Source: Chloroflexota bacterium (GTDB taxonomy: Bacteria; Chloroflexota; UBA11872; VXOZ01). From it: 64,000 nt of DNA. Of this stretch, positions 9,728 through 19,511 are shown in pieces (the stretch's first letter is position 1; the number at the start of each line of letters is the position of its first letter). The stretch spans positions 2,112,001-2,176,000 of the forward strand of contig OZ244922.1 in assembly GCA_965221905.1 (NCBI GenBank), written 5' to 3'. Both the position numbers and the translations under genes were made by a program. The notes under the pieces were generated by a model, which was not told the origin of the DNA, did no database searches, and saw only the letters and a list, made by a program, of their open reading frames with translations.

Positions 9728-10141
9728 ATGGATGCGACCAAGCGCTGGCCTGTCGGTGCAGAACTCCCTACCCGATCGCACACGGTGACTCTGGAAACGT
9801 TACGCGACTATGCGGAAGCAAGCGGCGACCACAATCCCATTCACACAGATCCGGCGTTCGCTGCCACCACACCGTTCGAGCGACCGATTGCACACGGCAT
9901 GCTGCTGCTCGCCTACGTCATGGAGATGCTTACAACTACGTATGGTGCGGCTTGGACCACCTCGGGTCAGCTTATGGTACGCTTTCGCAAACCTGCGTAC
10001 GTGGATAGCACGGTAACGGCGTGGGGCGCGATCAAGAGGGTGGATGACGAATCGGGCAGACTGCAGATTGCAGTCGGCTGCCGTGACGAACACGGTAACG
10101 ACCTTGTCACGGGTAGTGCAGAGGTTATGCCCCAGACCTGA
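9728..10141 (+). CDS. MaoC family (R)-hydroxyacyl dehydratase
   Basis: YAEASGDHNPIH...IAHGM...VRFRKP hydratase motif. Confidence 0.9.
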   Translation: MDATKRWPVGAELPTRSHTVTLETLRDYAEASGDHNPIHTDPAFAATTPFERPIAHGMLLLAYVMEMLTTTYGAAWTTSGQLMVRFRKPAYVDSTVTAWGAIKRVDDESGRLQIAVGCRDEHGNDLVTGSAEVMPQT

Positions 10142-10173
10142 GCGCCACAGCCAGCGACTCTTGCTAGTCCGCT

Positions 10174-11202
10174 TTACTCTACCGTCGCGGGACGCGAGTT
10201 TGCCAGCCGAGTCGCGTAGTTGCTTGCGTAATAGTCGGCATAGCTGCCGGACTTGATAGCAAGCCACCAATCTTCATTTTCGACATACCACTTGACCGTA
10301 GCCGCCAGTGCCTGCCGAAAGTTGTATTGTGGTTGCCATCCGAGCGCTTCCAGGCGGGAAGAGTCGAGACTGTAGCGGTAGTCATGGCCCGGTCGATCCT
10401 CGATCAGCCGCATCAATGAACGGGGCTTTTCAAGGACTTCTAAGATGGCCGTGGCGAGAGTCATGGTATTGACTTCGAATTCAACGCCGACGTTGTACAC
10501 TGCGCCCAACTCGCCCGTATGAAGCACGAGATCAATGCCGGCGCAATAGTCTGTTACGTACATATAGTTGCGGACCGCTTTGCCTTCGCCATAGATCGGT
10601 AGCGGCTTGTCCTCGATGGCATTGGTCACGAATACCGGCACCACTTTTTCCGGATACTGATGAGGGCCGATGGTGTTCGCGCCACGGGTGACCATTACGG
10701 GCAAGTCAAAGCTCGAAAAGTAGGAAAGAGCAAGCAACTCACCACCCGCCTTGCTGGCCGAGTATGGGTTGCGTGGCGCAAGGCGCGCGTCTTCGCTGGC
10801 GGCGCCCGCCGGCACGTGACCGTATACCTCGTCAGTGCTCACCTGTACTATCCGCGTCACGTTGTGCGTGCGCGCCGCCTCCATGAGCACGCGAATGCCT
10901 TCTACGTTGGTCCGCACGAAGGCCGCCGGGTCCATTACAGAGCGATCCACGTGGCTCTCTGCGGCAAAGTTTACGAGCGCATCGCAACCCGCCATTGCTT
11001 CACCCACGGCGTCAGCATCGCAAATGTCGGCTTGAACAAACTGAAAACGGGGGTTCTCCTCGAATGCAGAGAGATTTGCCAGGACGCCAGCGTATGTCAG
11101 CTTATCCAATGCCACGACGTGAATGTCCGGATGCCGGGAAAGTACGTAACGCACATAGTTGCTGCCGATAAAGCCGGCTGCTCCCGTCACCATAATCCGC
11201 AT
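10174..11202 (-). CDS. rfbB: dTDP-glucose 4,6-dehydratase
   Basis: VTGAAGFIGSN, DKLTYAG, AAESHVDRS, STDEVYG, PYSASK, DRPGHD.RY. Confidence 0.95.
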   Translation of the reverse strand: MRIMVTGAAGFIGSNYVRYVLSRHPDIHVVALDKLTYAGVLANLSAFEENPRFQFVQADICDADAVGEAMAGCDALVNFAAESHVDRSVMDPAAFVRTNVEGIRVLMEAARTHNVTRIVQVSTDEVYGHVPAGAASEDARLAPRNPYSASKAGGELLALSYFSSFDLPVMVTRGANTIGPHQYPEKVVPVFVTNAIEDKPLPIYGEGKAVRNYMYVTDYCAGIDLVLHTGELGAVYNVGVEFEVNTMTLATAILEVLEKPRSLMRLIEDRPGHDYRYSLDSSRLEALGWQPQYNFRQALAATVKWYVENEDWWLAIKSGSYADYYASNYATRLANSRPATVE

Positions 11203-11237
11203 GCTGCCTACTCCCTATTCTCATTCATGAATGTTGC

Positions 11238-11618
11238 CTATTTCGCCCCCTCGTCCTCTTCTTTCACTATCCGGTTAACAGCAAAACTGACCACACTAAT
11301 GATGAGGGCAACAAGCATGGCCGATAAAAGCGTGGGACGGCCCGACTCTGCTAATTCGACACCCGGCAGGAGCGCCGTGCCCAACCAGAACAGCAGGCCG
11401 TTCAAGACCAGGATCCAAATGCCAAGCGTCAGCACGGTTACTGGAAGGGAGACAATCTTGAGCACCGGCCCAATCAGCGCATTGATCAACGCCACGCCAA
11501 CGGCAAAGACTATGATCGTGAGCCAATCGCCGCTGTTTGTGAATTCCACCAGCGCGAAACGGCTCGCGATAAGCACGGCGACCAGTACTGCCAAGCTGCG
11601 GAGGACTAAAGCACGCAT
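11238..11618 (-). CDS. Phage_holin_4_2/YvlD-like 4-TM membrane protein
   Basis: INALIGPVLKIVSLPVTVLTLG...LVLNG pattern; start placed at MRALV. Confidence 0.8.
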   Translation of the reverse strand: MRALVLRSLAVLVAVLIASRFALVEFTNSGDWLTIIVFAVGVALINALIGPVLKIVSLPVTVLTLGIWILVLNGLLFWLGTALLPGVELAESGRPTLLSAMLVALIISVVSFAVNRIVKEEDEGAK

Positions 11619-11940
11619 GCGACTTTCCTCTAGCAGGCTATCGAAAACTCCAGCCACTTCTCAATTCAATTATACAGCCTCGGAATCTAGGCTACGACTC
11701 CAGCGGTCTGAACGGAGGATTGCAAACTACTGCCTAACCGTAGACCGCGGTCCCATGACGGAAAGTGAGCAGTGTTGGTGTACCCTGGCCGTGCCCTGTC
11801 TTGCAAACAGTCGCATCGGCCGGATCAGGAAGATGTGCGCTTTTGGCAATGAGGCGTTCACTGGGTAGCTGCGAAATCGAAGACGCTCTACTGCTAGAAG
11901 CCCAATAAGGGCGCTAAGGACAGCACCTCACTGTTTGCGG

Positions 11941-12633
11941 CTAGTTGTCGTCTCCCTCATGAGAGGGCTTGGGCGCACTCCGTCTGAGCAGACCCACTCC
12001 GAGCGATACGCTCCAGATTGCCCAAGACACGAAACAAAACCGGTTTATCTGGATCATAGTTTGCAACAGCGGCGTCACGCTGACGCCGATAATCTGACTC
12101 ACCAGCGCGATAACCGAGACTACTGCTATGATCCCCGCAGCGATGCGATTGAATTCGTCTCGGATCGCAAGGCCCAAACTGTAGAGCAAGAAGCCAAAAG
12201 CAACTGCTAGACTTGTAATCAAGCTAATGCCAAATTCAACTCTAAAGACCACAGTAGCAGAGTGAGAGTATGCAGCATACGCAACGTACGTATCCGCCAC
12301 TTCCAAGTTTGGCCCCTGCATCACCACCCAAGCGACAGCGCCGACTGCCAAGAACAGCAGGCCAAGTTGGGAGAGTGCTTCGTCGCTGCGGCAACTGCGC
12401 AGCAGTGCGAATTGGCCGTAGAGGGCGAGGATAAGCCCCAATGCAATTCCGATACTCGTGACAGTTGCCAGAGTATGGATGCGCTCCAAAGCGACATTTG
12501 TTGCTAAGGTGTTGTCCATCAAGAGGTTGTTGAAGAGCACGCCGCCCGGCTGGAAGAGAAAGCAGACGAATGCCAGCACAGGGCCCACAATCAGGCACAA
12601 TCCGCCAAGCGTCTTTGCTGAAACCACTCTCAA
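11941..12633 (-). CDS. Multi-pass membrane protein of unknown function
   Basis: About 6 hydrophobic segments; AGGAGG RBS upstream. Confidence 0.65.
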   Translation of the reverse strand: MRVVSAKTLGGLCLIVGPVLAFVCFLFQPGGVLFNNLLMDNTLATNVALERIHTLATVTSIGIALGLILALYGQFALLRSCRSDEALSQLGLLFLAVGAVAWVVMQGPNLEVADTYVAYAAYSHSATVVFRVEFGISLITSLAVAFGFLLYSLGLAIRDEFNRIAAGIIAVVSVIALVSQIIGVSVTPLLQTMIQINRFCFVSWAIWSVSLGVGLLRRSAPKPSHEGDDN

Positions 12634-12881
12634 AGCCTATCCTCCTAGTGAAACGTGTTGCACCAGTTCGTCGGGTCTGTGGATCGTTGCCTCAAGCCCA
12701 CTGGGCTCTGAATGCCGTTAGCATCAGCTCGCTCATTGAGAGACAACGCAACCACAAATCCATACGTGTGGCAAGTGCACAGTATCTTCGGGGCTGCTTT
12801 CCGTCCACCTTTTAGTTATCTTGGTATACTATGCATATAAGCGCCGTTCCAGCAAGCCATTGAGAATTGCAGGTAAGAGCG

Positions 12882-13379
12882 ATGTTTCAAGGAATAGACC
12901 GGTTTCTGGCTTCGATCCTTGTGGTAATTTTCTTTGTTGTGTTGCTTGCCGTTGTGCTAGTGTGGCGTTCCCCCACAACAGGCGAACTCGAGTATAAGGT
13001 TGAGAGCAACCCCAGTGACGTGGTGCACAATTTTGTCGTTGCTGTAACGCGAGGCGACGAAGAACGCGCAAAGTCCTACCTCTCACCTGAGCTCCTTGAA
13101 GAGATAGCGGAGAGAGAAAAAGAGAACAGGTATTCAATCATACGGTCATACGGATCTGGATCTAGCACGGGCTTACGCATCGTGGTTGAAGAAGAAACAA
13201 CCGTGGAAGGCCTTGCGACCGTAGAGCTTTCTATCACATGGTTCCATTCTGAACCGACACCCTTAGGTCTCCTTGGGATGTTCGGATCAAATCAGTATTC
13301 GCGTGAATTTGACATTCGATTGCGGCAGTTTGACGGTGAGTGGAAGATCGTCGAGCCCTTTGACCTGTACATGCTGTAA
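12882..13379 (+). CDS. Membrane-anchored hypothetical protein (NTF2-like extracytoplasmic domain likely)
   Basis: N-terminal TM, PSDVVHNFVVAV...AKSYLS, C-terminal GEWKI. Confidence 0.7.
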   Translation: MFQGIDRFLASILVVIFFVVLLAVVLVWRSPTTGELEYKVESNPSDVVHNFVVAVTRGDEERAKSYLSPELLEEIAEREKENRYSIIRSYGSGSSTGLRIVVEEETTVEGLATVELSITWFHSEPTPLGLLGMFGSNQYSREFDIRLRQFDGEWKIVEPFDLYML

Positions 13380-13438
13380 ATGCCTCATGACCGGGGCTAG
13401 CCACATCAAGCACTCTCTCCCGTAACGAGGAGCACGCA

Positions 13439-15136
13439 ATGCTCACAGTACGGCGTCTGTACATTCTCGCTGCGGCCTTCATCGGCCTTTTGATTTTCAT
13501 GCAGAGCAGCAGCGAGTTACTGCGGCTTGCTTTACTGATAGTCCCGCAAGACCCTGACTTTGGTTTAGGCAGCGATTGGTGGCGCGATCGCTTGAGCTTG
13601 AATCTTGCCTTGCTTGCAGTGGCTACACCGCTTTGGCTGGGGCATTGGGTGTGGGCACAACGCCTCGCGCGTGACAGCGCAGAGGAGCGGAGCGCACTCC
13701 GTTCCCTCTTTTTTCTCGGCGCGCTGGGTGTAACGATTATCCAGACTGCCGGGGCAGCGGGGGAAATCCTCTATGTCCCACTTGCGCGTCTTGCCGGGGA
13801 TTCCTTCGCAACACTTGAATTACTAGACAATCTGGCTGAATTCCTAGTCTATGGGCTATTTTGGGCATACCACATTCGACAGCGGCCGCCGGCGCGGTTT
13901 CAGATCGGGGCGGCGGCAACCATTACACGCTGGTATTGGTATGCCGCCTCATTTGGTAGCTTAGGAATATTGGTCGCGTCGGTGATTCCGCTGCTCGCAA
14001 CGATACTTCAGCGTCTGCTTGGCGTTGATGCTGTCAATTCTGCGTGGTGGGAGCTACCGGATGCCAATAACATCGCCTGGATCATCGTGGGTAGTGTCGG
14101 CTGGACGTATCACTGGGCCAAAATTCAGGGCGAGATTGCGGACGCGCAGAGCCTTGAGTTGCGATCGGCCTTGCGTAAGGTCTACCTCTACGCGACGGTG
14201 GGTCTGGGCGCAGCCGGCGCGCTCTTAGCAGTCGGCCGAATTCTCTACTGGATTCTTCTGAATGCACTGGGCGCAGTAGACGAGGAGCTAGGGTTCATCG
14301 ATGACTTTGCCCGCGTCGTGCCAGTCGCTCTCGTAGCGGCCACAGCGTGGTACTACCACCGCTACCACTTGCAGCGAGACGCCACTCTGGTAGCCGAGTT
14401 GCCACGGCAAGCTGCAATTCGTCGAGTATACTCTTACATCCTTACAGCAATCGGCGTTGCTCTATTGGCGACGGGCGTGTTCGGCATTTTAAGATTGGTG
14501 ATCGGGCTCTTGACCGGCGAGGCGGAAACGCTAGACCTGTCTGACAACTTCCTGCAGCAACAGTTGAGCCTCTATGTGACGTTGCTGTTCGTGGGCCTCG
14601 TTGCGTGGGTGTGGTATTGGCGGCAGATACAGCAGCAAGTGGATGCGGATGAAAGCGGTGAAGAACAGTCATCGCTCGTGCGCCGCATCTATCTCTATGC
14701 GGTGGCATCAGCAAGCGTGATTGCAGTAGTGATTGCGATTGGGACACTGCTCTACGAATCACTGCGTTCCGTACTCGGCGTTGAACCTTGGAGCGGTTTG
14801 ATAGACTCCCTTCGGACAAACGTTAGCATAGCGCTGGTAGCCGCCACGTTGCTCACGTACCACGTCCGAATTCTGCTCCGAGAGCAATTGCCTTCATTGG
14901 CGAAAAGAGATGCGGACGCTTTAGAGGAACATGCTCCGTCGAAGGTTGATGAAGCGGCGTCCGTTACGGTAGAGCACAGCCTGGTGGTAACGGTATCGGG
15001 CAGTGACCTGCAATACGCGCGGCAGCTAATCCAACAAAGTGCCCTGCCCGAAGGCACGAAACTCTCATTCCTTGAGAGTGCACTGTCACCGGAAGAGGTC
15101 CGCCAGCGGCTGCAGACCGAGCCGGCCGACGAGTAA
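13439..15136 (+). CDS. DUF5671-type repeat membrane protein
   Basis: Repeated RRLYIL / RKVYLY / RRVYSY / RRIYLY units each followed by TM pairs and W..HW motifs. Confidence 0.8.
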   Translation: MLTVRRLYILAAAFIGLLIFMQSSSELLRLALLIVPQDPDFGLGSDWWRDRLSLNLALLAVATPLWLGHWVWAQRLARDSAEERSALRSLFFLGALGVTIIQTAGAAGEILYVPLARLAGDSFATLELLDNLAEFLVYGLFWAYHIRQRPPARFQIGAAATITRWYWYAASFGSLGILVASVIPLLATILQRLLGVDAVNSAWWELPDANNIAWIIVGSVGWTYHWAKIQGEIADAQSLELRSALRKVYLYATVGLGAAGALLAVGRILYWILLNALGAVDEELGFIDDFARVVPVALVAATAWYYHRYHLQRDATLVAELPRQAAIRRVYSYILTAIGVALLATGVFGILRLVIGLLTGEAETLDLSDNFLQQQLSLYVTLLFVGLVAWVWYWRQIQQQVDADESGEEQSSLVRRIYLYAVASASVIAVVIAIGTLLYESLRSVLGVEPWSGLIDSLRTNVSIALVAATLLTYHVRILLREQLPSLAKRDADALEEHAPSKVDEAASVTVEHSLVVTVSGSDLQYARQLIQQSALPEGTKLSFLESALSPEEVRQRLQTEPADE

Positions 15137-15146
15137 TGCACGTCCC

Positions 15147-15173
15147 CGGTACAAGTCCTAGGGACTTGTACCG
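15147..15173. terminator. Perfect hairpin between convergent genes
   Basis: CGGTACAAGTCC-TAG-GGACTTGTACCG (12-bp stem). Confidence 0.6.
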
Positions 15174-15248
15174 CGTTTCACTACCAACGGAGCTCTGTTG
15201 GCGCCTGCGAATCCGAAGCCTTGCTCGGTGACTAAGGCGAAATCAGAC

Positions 15249-16304
15249 TCACACGGTGGCCGGCACACCTGTCATCAACCTAACCGCTTCGTGTGCTGCC
15301 TCAATTGTCGTCTCGATATCCTCTGCCGCGATCTGGTGGTAGGTCACGAGGCGAATGCGATTGTCTGAAACCGCGCCGCACTTCACACCGCGTGTCGCCA
15401 AATCAGCCGTAAGTTGCGGCGCCGTGCCCACAGATGCATCAAGGTCGATGTAGACCATGTTGGTCTCTACGTGATCGGCGGAAATACCGGGAATAGCGCC
15501 CAAGCCTTCGCCAAGCCGCCGTGCGTTGGCATGATCTTGGGAAAGCTTCTGCGGAATGGTCTGCAGAGCCACGATCCCCGCCGCTGCCAGCACACCGGAC
15601 TGTCGCAGGCCACCGCCCAGCATACGTCGAAAACGCCGTGCTGTTTCAATGAATGCACTGTCGCCGCAGACTATAGATCCTACCGGCGCGCTCAACGCTT
15701 TCGAAAGGCAGAATGTCACAGAGTCTACGTATTGCGTAACTTCAGAGACCGGGACCTCTAAGCCAGCGGCCGCATTGAAGACGCGCGCACCGTCCATGTG
15801 AATGGCTATATCCAGCTCGTCAGCCAAGTCCCGCAAGCCGGCCAGGGTGGACAGCGGGTACACCGCCCCGCCGCCTCGATTGTTGGTATTCTCCAGACAG
15901 ATAAGGCGTGTCGGAGAGAATGCGTCATAGGGCCGGCGGAGCACGCTTCGAATACTCTCGGCAGTGAGGATGCCCCGGTCAGATGGCGCGATCCGGGGTG
16001 ACGTGCCCGCTACCGCGGAAAAGTCGCCGGCCTCAGTGGTGACAATATGGGCCTCGTCTGCGACGACAAACTCGTCGCCATTACGACAGTGGGTCAGGAG
16101 GCAGACGAGGTTGCCTTGCGTACCGCTGGTTACGTAGAGGGCTGCCTCTTTCCCCGTAATCTCCGCGGCCATGGCTTCCAGCCGATTGACGGACGGGTCT
16201 TCCCCATAACAGTCATCGCCGACTGCCGCGTTCGCCATTGCCTCTCGCATTTCGTCCGTCGGCATGCTTACAGTGTCGCTGCGCAGGTCGATAACTTTCG
16301 ACAT
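15249..16304 (-). CDS. ltaE: Low-specificity L-threonine aldolase
   Basis: IDLRSDTV, VGDD.YGEDP, CLENT, HMDGARVFNA, CLSKAL, GGGLRQSG. Confidence 0.92.
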   Translation of the reverse strand: MSKVIDLRSDTVSMPTDEMREAMANAAVGDDCYGEDPSVNRLEAMAAEITGKEAALYVTSGTQGNLVCLLTHCRNGDEFVVADEAHIVTTEAGDFSAVAGTSPRIAPSDRGILTAESIRSVLRRPYDAFSPTRLICLENTNNRGGGAVYPLSTLAGLRDLADELDIAIHMDGARVFNAAAGLEVPVSEVTQYVDSVTFCLSKALSAPVGSIVCGDSAFIETARRFRRMLGGGLRQSGVLAAAGIVALQTIPQKLSQDHANARRLGEGLGAIPGISADHVETNMVYIDLDASVGTAPQLTADLATRGVKCGAVSDNRIRLVTYHQIAAEDIETTIEAAHEAVRLMTGVPATV

Positions 16305-16547
16305 TCGTTCACTCCCTCGCTTGATGTTGTACAGAGTAATTCAGGAAATCTCTCGGCAAATGCGCCCGCCTCAGTCTTCACCGGCGAACGCAGCTATGCA
16401 CGGTACGGCCCACATCTATTATTGGGGCCCAACAGCCCTTGATCCTAGTATAGAATCCCCGTCTATTCTGCGCACGTGCAAGACCACGATCAGAGCCCTG
16501 TTCAAGCTGGATTTGCCGCTCTCATTGAGCCGCCACGCTAGGATCCT

Positions 16548-17561
16548 CTAACCCAGGCCTTCTTCGAAGTATCGTGCTAACTCATCTCTTGGGAACGATG
16601 GCACATCGTGCCAGGCGCCATCAACAAGCATCCGTATTCCCTGTGTCGATTCGGTCAAGCGGCCGATGGCAGCGGCCTCGATACCTTCGTCGCGGAGTGC
16701 GGCCAGGGCGGCTACGACGTCTTCCGCCGCAACTACCGCGAGTAATGCGCCCGATGCAAGCAATCCGAGCGGATCGAGTGCCAAAGCCTCGCAGATTTCA
16801 GCGGTCTCCGCCAAGAGCGGGACCATATCGAGGTCTACAGAGAGTCCGCATGCTGCCCCGGCTGCCAACTCAGCCAGTGCCGTGGCCAGGCCGCCTTCCG
16901 TCGGATCGTGCATCGCGCGTGGATGGAGAGAGCGGCACAAGGCCTCCGCGGCAGGCGTCACGCTAATACCGGGATCATCGAGATATGCTTGCGCACGGGC
17001 GATTGTGGCCGGCGCTACGCCTTGGGCCGCAAGTTCCTCGCTCGCATCTTGCGCTAGGATAGCTGTCCCTTCGATAGCAACACCGTTCGTAAGGAGAATT
17101 ACGTCTCCAGGCTGTGCGTTGGCATTCACCACAAGGCGGTCCTTTGCGACCTCCCCCAAGAGCGTACCGGCAAGAATTGGCCGTTTTACTCCGTCGGTTA
17201 CCTCCGTATGCCCTCCAATCAGTGTGACACCTAGTGCCTGGCACGCGTCTTGGAGGTCGGTGAAGATCTGCTTTACGGTCTGCGTGGTACAGTCTGGCGG
17301 AAGCAACAGCGTTCCCAGGAACCAGCGCGGCCGTGCGCCCATGGTCGCCACGTCATTCGCGTTGATTTGCAGAGCATACCAGCCGATGCGATGCGCCGTG
17401 AACGTAATTGGGTCGCTCTTTGCAATGAGATACCGATCGCCAATATCCAGCACGGCGGCATCTTCGCCTAAGCGGGGCCCCACTATGACATCCGGGTCAT
17501 CGATTGGTATGGCTGCGAGTAGCTCCGCCAAGAGCCCTGCCGGTAGTTTGCCTTGTAGCAT
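16548..17561 (-). CDS. AIR synthase (PurM/HypE-like) family protein
   Basis: GEDAAV, SDPIT, NANDVATMGA, IGGHTE, AMHDPTEGG; lacks the HypE C-terminal PRIC cysteine. Confidence 0.88.
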   Translation of the reverse strand: MLQGKLPAGLLAELLAAIPIDDPDVIVGPRLGEDAAVLDIGDRYLIAKSDPITFTAHRIGWYALQINANDVATMGARPRWFLGTLLLPPDCTTQTVKQIFTDLQDACQALGVTLIGGHTEVTDGVKRPILAGTLLGEVAKDRLVVNANAQPGDVILLTNGVAIEGTAILAQDASEELAAQGVAPATIARAQAYLDDPGISVTPAAEALCRSLHPRAMHDPTEGGLATALAELAAGAACGLSVDLDMVPLLAETAEICEALALDPLGLLASGALLAVVAAEDVVAALAALRDEGIEAAAIGRLTESTQGIRMLVDGAWHDVPSFPRDELARYFEEGLG

Positions 17562-17565
17562 CGCG

Positions 17566-19038
17566 TTAGCCTTTGATCACGCCAATGGGCCGCACACGCG
17601 CCACGACGCGGGCAATGCCGGATTGCTCCACAATGTCCACCACATCGCGCACGTCCTTATATGCCTCGCTCGCCTCTTCCGCCAGTCCGGCCTTGCTCTG
17701 CGCGCGAACGACAATGCCTTTCTGCGCCAATAGTCGCACGAGGTCTACCCCGGCAAGCTTCTTCTTTGCTGCCCCCCGGCTCAGCAGCCGACCCGCGCCG
17801 TGGCACGTGGAGGCAAAGGTCTCTCGTCGTGCCTGCTCTTGCCCTACGAGAATGTACGAGTATCGGCCCATATCGCCGGGAATGAGGACCGGTTGACCGA
17901 TGGCGCGGTACTTGGCGGGCACTTCGGGATCTCCAGCGGGCAGGGCGCGTGTGGCGCCTTTACGGTGCACGCAAAGAGTCATTTCCTCACCGTCCACGCG
18001 ATGGCGTTCCATTTTGGCGATATTGTGGGCAACGTCGTAAACTACACCAATGTCAATTGCAGGTTCCGACTGCCCAAGGACGTGCTGAAATGCCCGTCGC
18101 GTGCGCTCTGTAATGGCCTGGCGGTTGGCAAAAGCAAAGTTGGCGGCCGCTGCCATTGCGCCGAGATATGCCTGACCCTCAGGTGACTTTATGGGGGCAC
18201 AGGCCAACTGCTTATCAGGGAGCGAAATCCGGTACTGCTCCATGGCGCGCTGCATTACGCCGAGATACTCCTGGCACACTTGATGTCCAAGTCCGCGAGA
18301 ACCCGTATGGATCGAGAGCATGACCTGACCGGGCTCGTCAATGCCGAACGCATGCGCGGCCTTTTCATCCGCAATGGTCTCCACTACTTGCACTTCAAGA
18401 AAGTGATTGCCCGACCCCAGCGAACCAAGCTGCGGCGCTCCCCGTTGGCGCGCTCGATCGCTAACTTTGGAGGTATCAGCGCCAGGCAGGCATCCCCCGG
18501 ATTCGATTGCCTCCAGGTCTTCACTGCTACCGTGTCCATTGTCCACCGCCCATGCTGCGCCCCTGGCCAGAGCCCCTTCGACGTCTATGGAAACGGCGCG
18601 TTTTCTCTTCCCTCGTCCCAATCCGGTCGGCACATCGCGGAACAACTGATTCACGATTTCAGGCAATTGACTCTTGACGGCGCGCTCGTGCAAATTCGTG
18701 CGCAGCAGGCGCACGCCGCAGTTTATGTCAAATCCCACGCCACCCGGTGAGACGACGCCATCCTCGAGTCGCATCGCCGCCACACCGCCGATGGGGAAGC
18801 CATAACCCCAGTGAATGTCAGGCATGGCAAGCGCATTCCCGACGATACCGGGCAACGCGGCCATATGGGCCACCTGCTGGATCGCCATATCACCGGCCAT
18901 GGAATCGATCATGGCCTCATCAGCAAAGATAAGTCCGGGAACTCGCATGCCGGGCATGTAGCTGACCGGTAGCTCCCAGCGGACGGCATCCTGCTGCCGC
19001 AGCACCGATCGCCAATTGTGCGGCGCGTTCTTCCCCAT
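17566..19038 (-). CDS. rtcB: RtcB RNA ligase (archaeal/eukaryote-like, archease-associated type)
   Basis: MPDIHWGYGFPIGGV, DINCG, GSGNHF, HTGSRG, DVAHN, HRKGAT, PGDMG, STCHGAGR, AYKDV. Confidence 0.97.
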   Translation of the reverse strand: MGKNAPHNWRSVLRQQDAVRWELPVSYMPGMRVPGLIFADEAMIDSMAGDMAIQQVAHMAALPGIVGNALAMPDIHWGYGFPIGGVAAMRLEDGVVSPGGVGFDINCGVRLLRTNLHERAVKSQLPEIVNQLFRDVPTGLGRGKRKRAVSIDVEGALARGAAWAVDNGHGSSEDLEAIESGGCLPGADTSKVSDRARQRGAPQLGSLGSGNHFLEVQVVETIADEKAAHAFGIDEPGQVMLSIHTGSRGLGHQVCQEYLGVMQRAMEQYRISLPDKQLACAPIKSPEGQAYLGAMAAAANFAFANRQAITERTRRAFQHVLGQSEPAIDIGVVYDVAHNIAKMERHRVDGEEMTLCVHRKGATRALPAGDPEVPAKYRAIGQPVLIPGDMGRYSYILVGQEQARRETFASTCHGAGRLLSRGAAKKKLAGVDLVRLLAQKGIVVRAQSKAGLAEEASEAYKDVRDVVDIVEQSGIARVVARVRPIGVIKG

Positions 19039-19052
19039 GCTATTTCACCTAC

Positions 19053-19511
19053 TTAGATATCAAAGTACACTTGTATCGTCGTGCGGTTTGGCAGTATCGC
19101 AACGTCGAGTTGATGGTACGTCACCGCCTTGATCTCTATTCCCGCGCTCTCCTCGGAGTCTTCAAGCAATACTCCAGCGACGCTAGCCGAACAGCGCGGC
19201 AGTGCGCACGTAGAGAACGCACAGGTCTGCGCAACCACGCCATCCACGCTAAATAGGAAGAGTAGCTCGGCCAGCCAGTTCACGACCAGATCCGGCCAGG
19301 TTTCGCCACTGACCGCAACCTCGTGCTTTATCGCCGGCCCGGTCGCGAAGCCTGGGTCAATGCCAAGCATGATGGCATACATGCCGCGGGTTGCCGCCGC
19401 GAATGCAACACCGGGATCAGGCCCCCATGCCTGCACACCTACGTCGGCCGTATGCTCTAGGAACGCAAACCCAGCGTCATTTGCTGCCGGCGCGCCATCG
19501 TTAGCGCTCAT
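19053..19511 (-). CDS. Archease
   Basis: FLEHTADVG, WLAELLFL, EIKAVTYH...YFDI; 14 nt upstream of rtcB; start at MSAND overlaps the upstream stop. Confidence 0.92.
   Translation of the reverse strand: MSANDGAPAANDAGFAFLEHTADVGVQAWGPDPGVAFAAATRGMYAIMLGIDPGFATGPAIKHEVAVSGETWPDLVVNWLAELLFLFSVDGVVAQTCAFSTCALPRCSASVAGVLLEDSEESAGIEIKAVTYHQLDVAILPNRTTIQVYFDI

Noticed and set aside
11238-11618. Holin-family gene as evidence of a prophage
   Set aside because: This family is widespread on chromosomes, and no other phage genes are present
10660-11868. 402-aa plus-strand ORF
   Set aside because: Antisense shadow of rfbB and the YvlD-like gene
16305-16547. Possible glycine riboswitch upstream of ltaE
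   Set aside because: No GGAGA/CCGAAG/UCAGG core found; only a TATACT -10 on the minus strand, suggesting ltaE has its own promoter
16666-17733. 355-aa plus-strand ORF
   Set aside because: Ala/Ser-rich antisense shadow of the AIR synthase gene and rtcB
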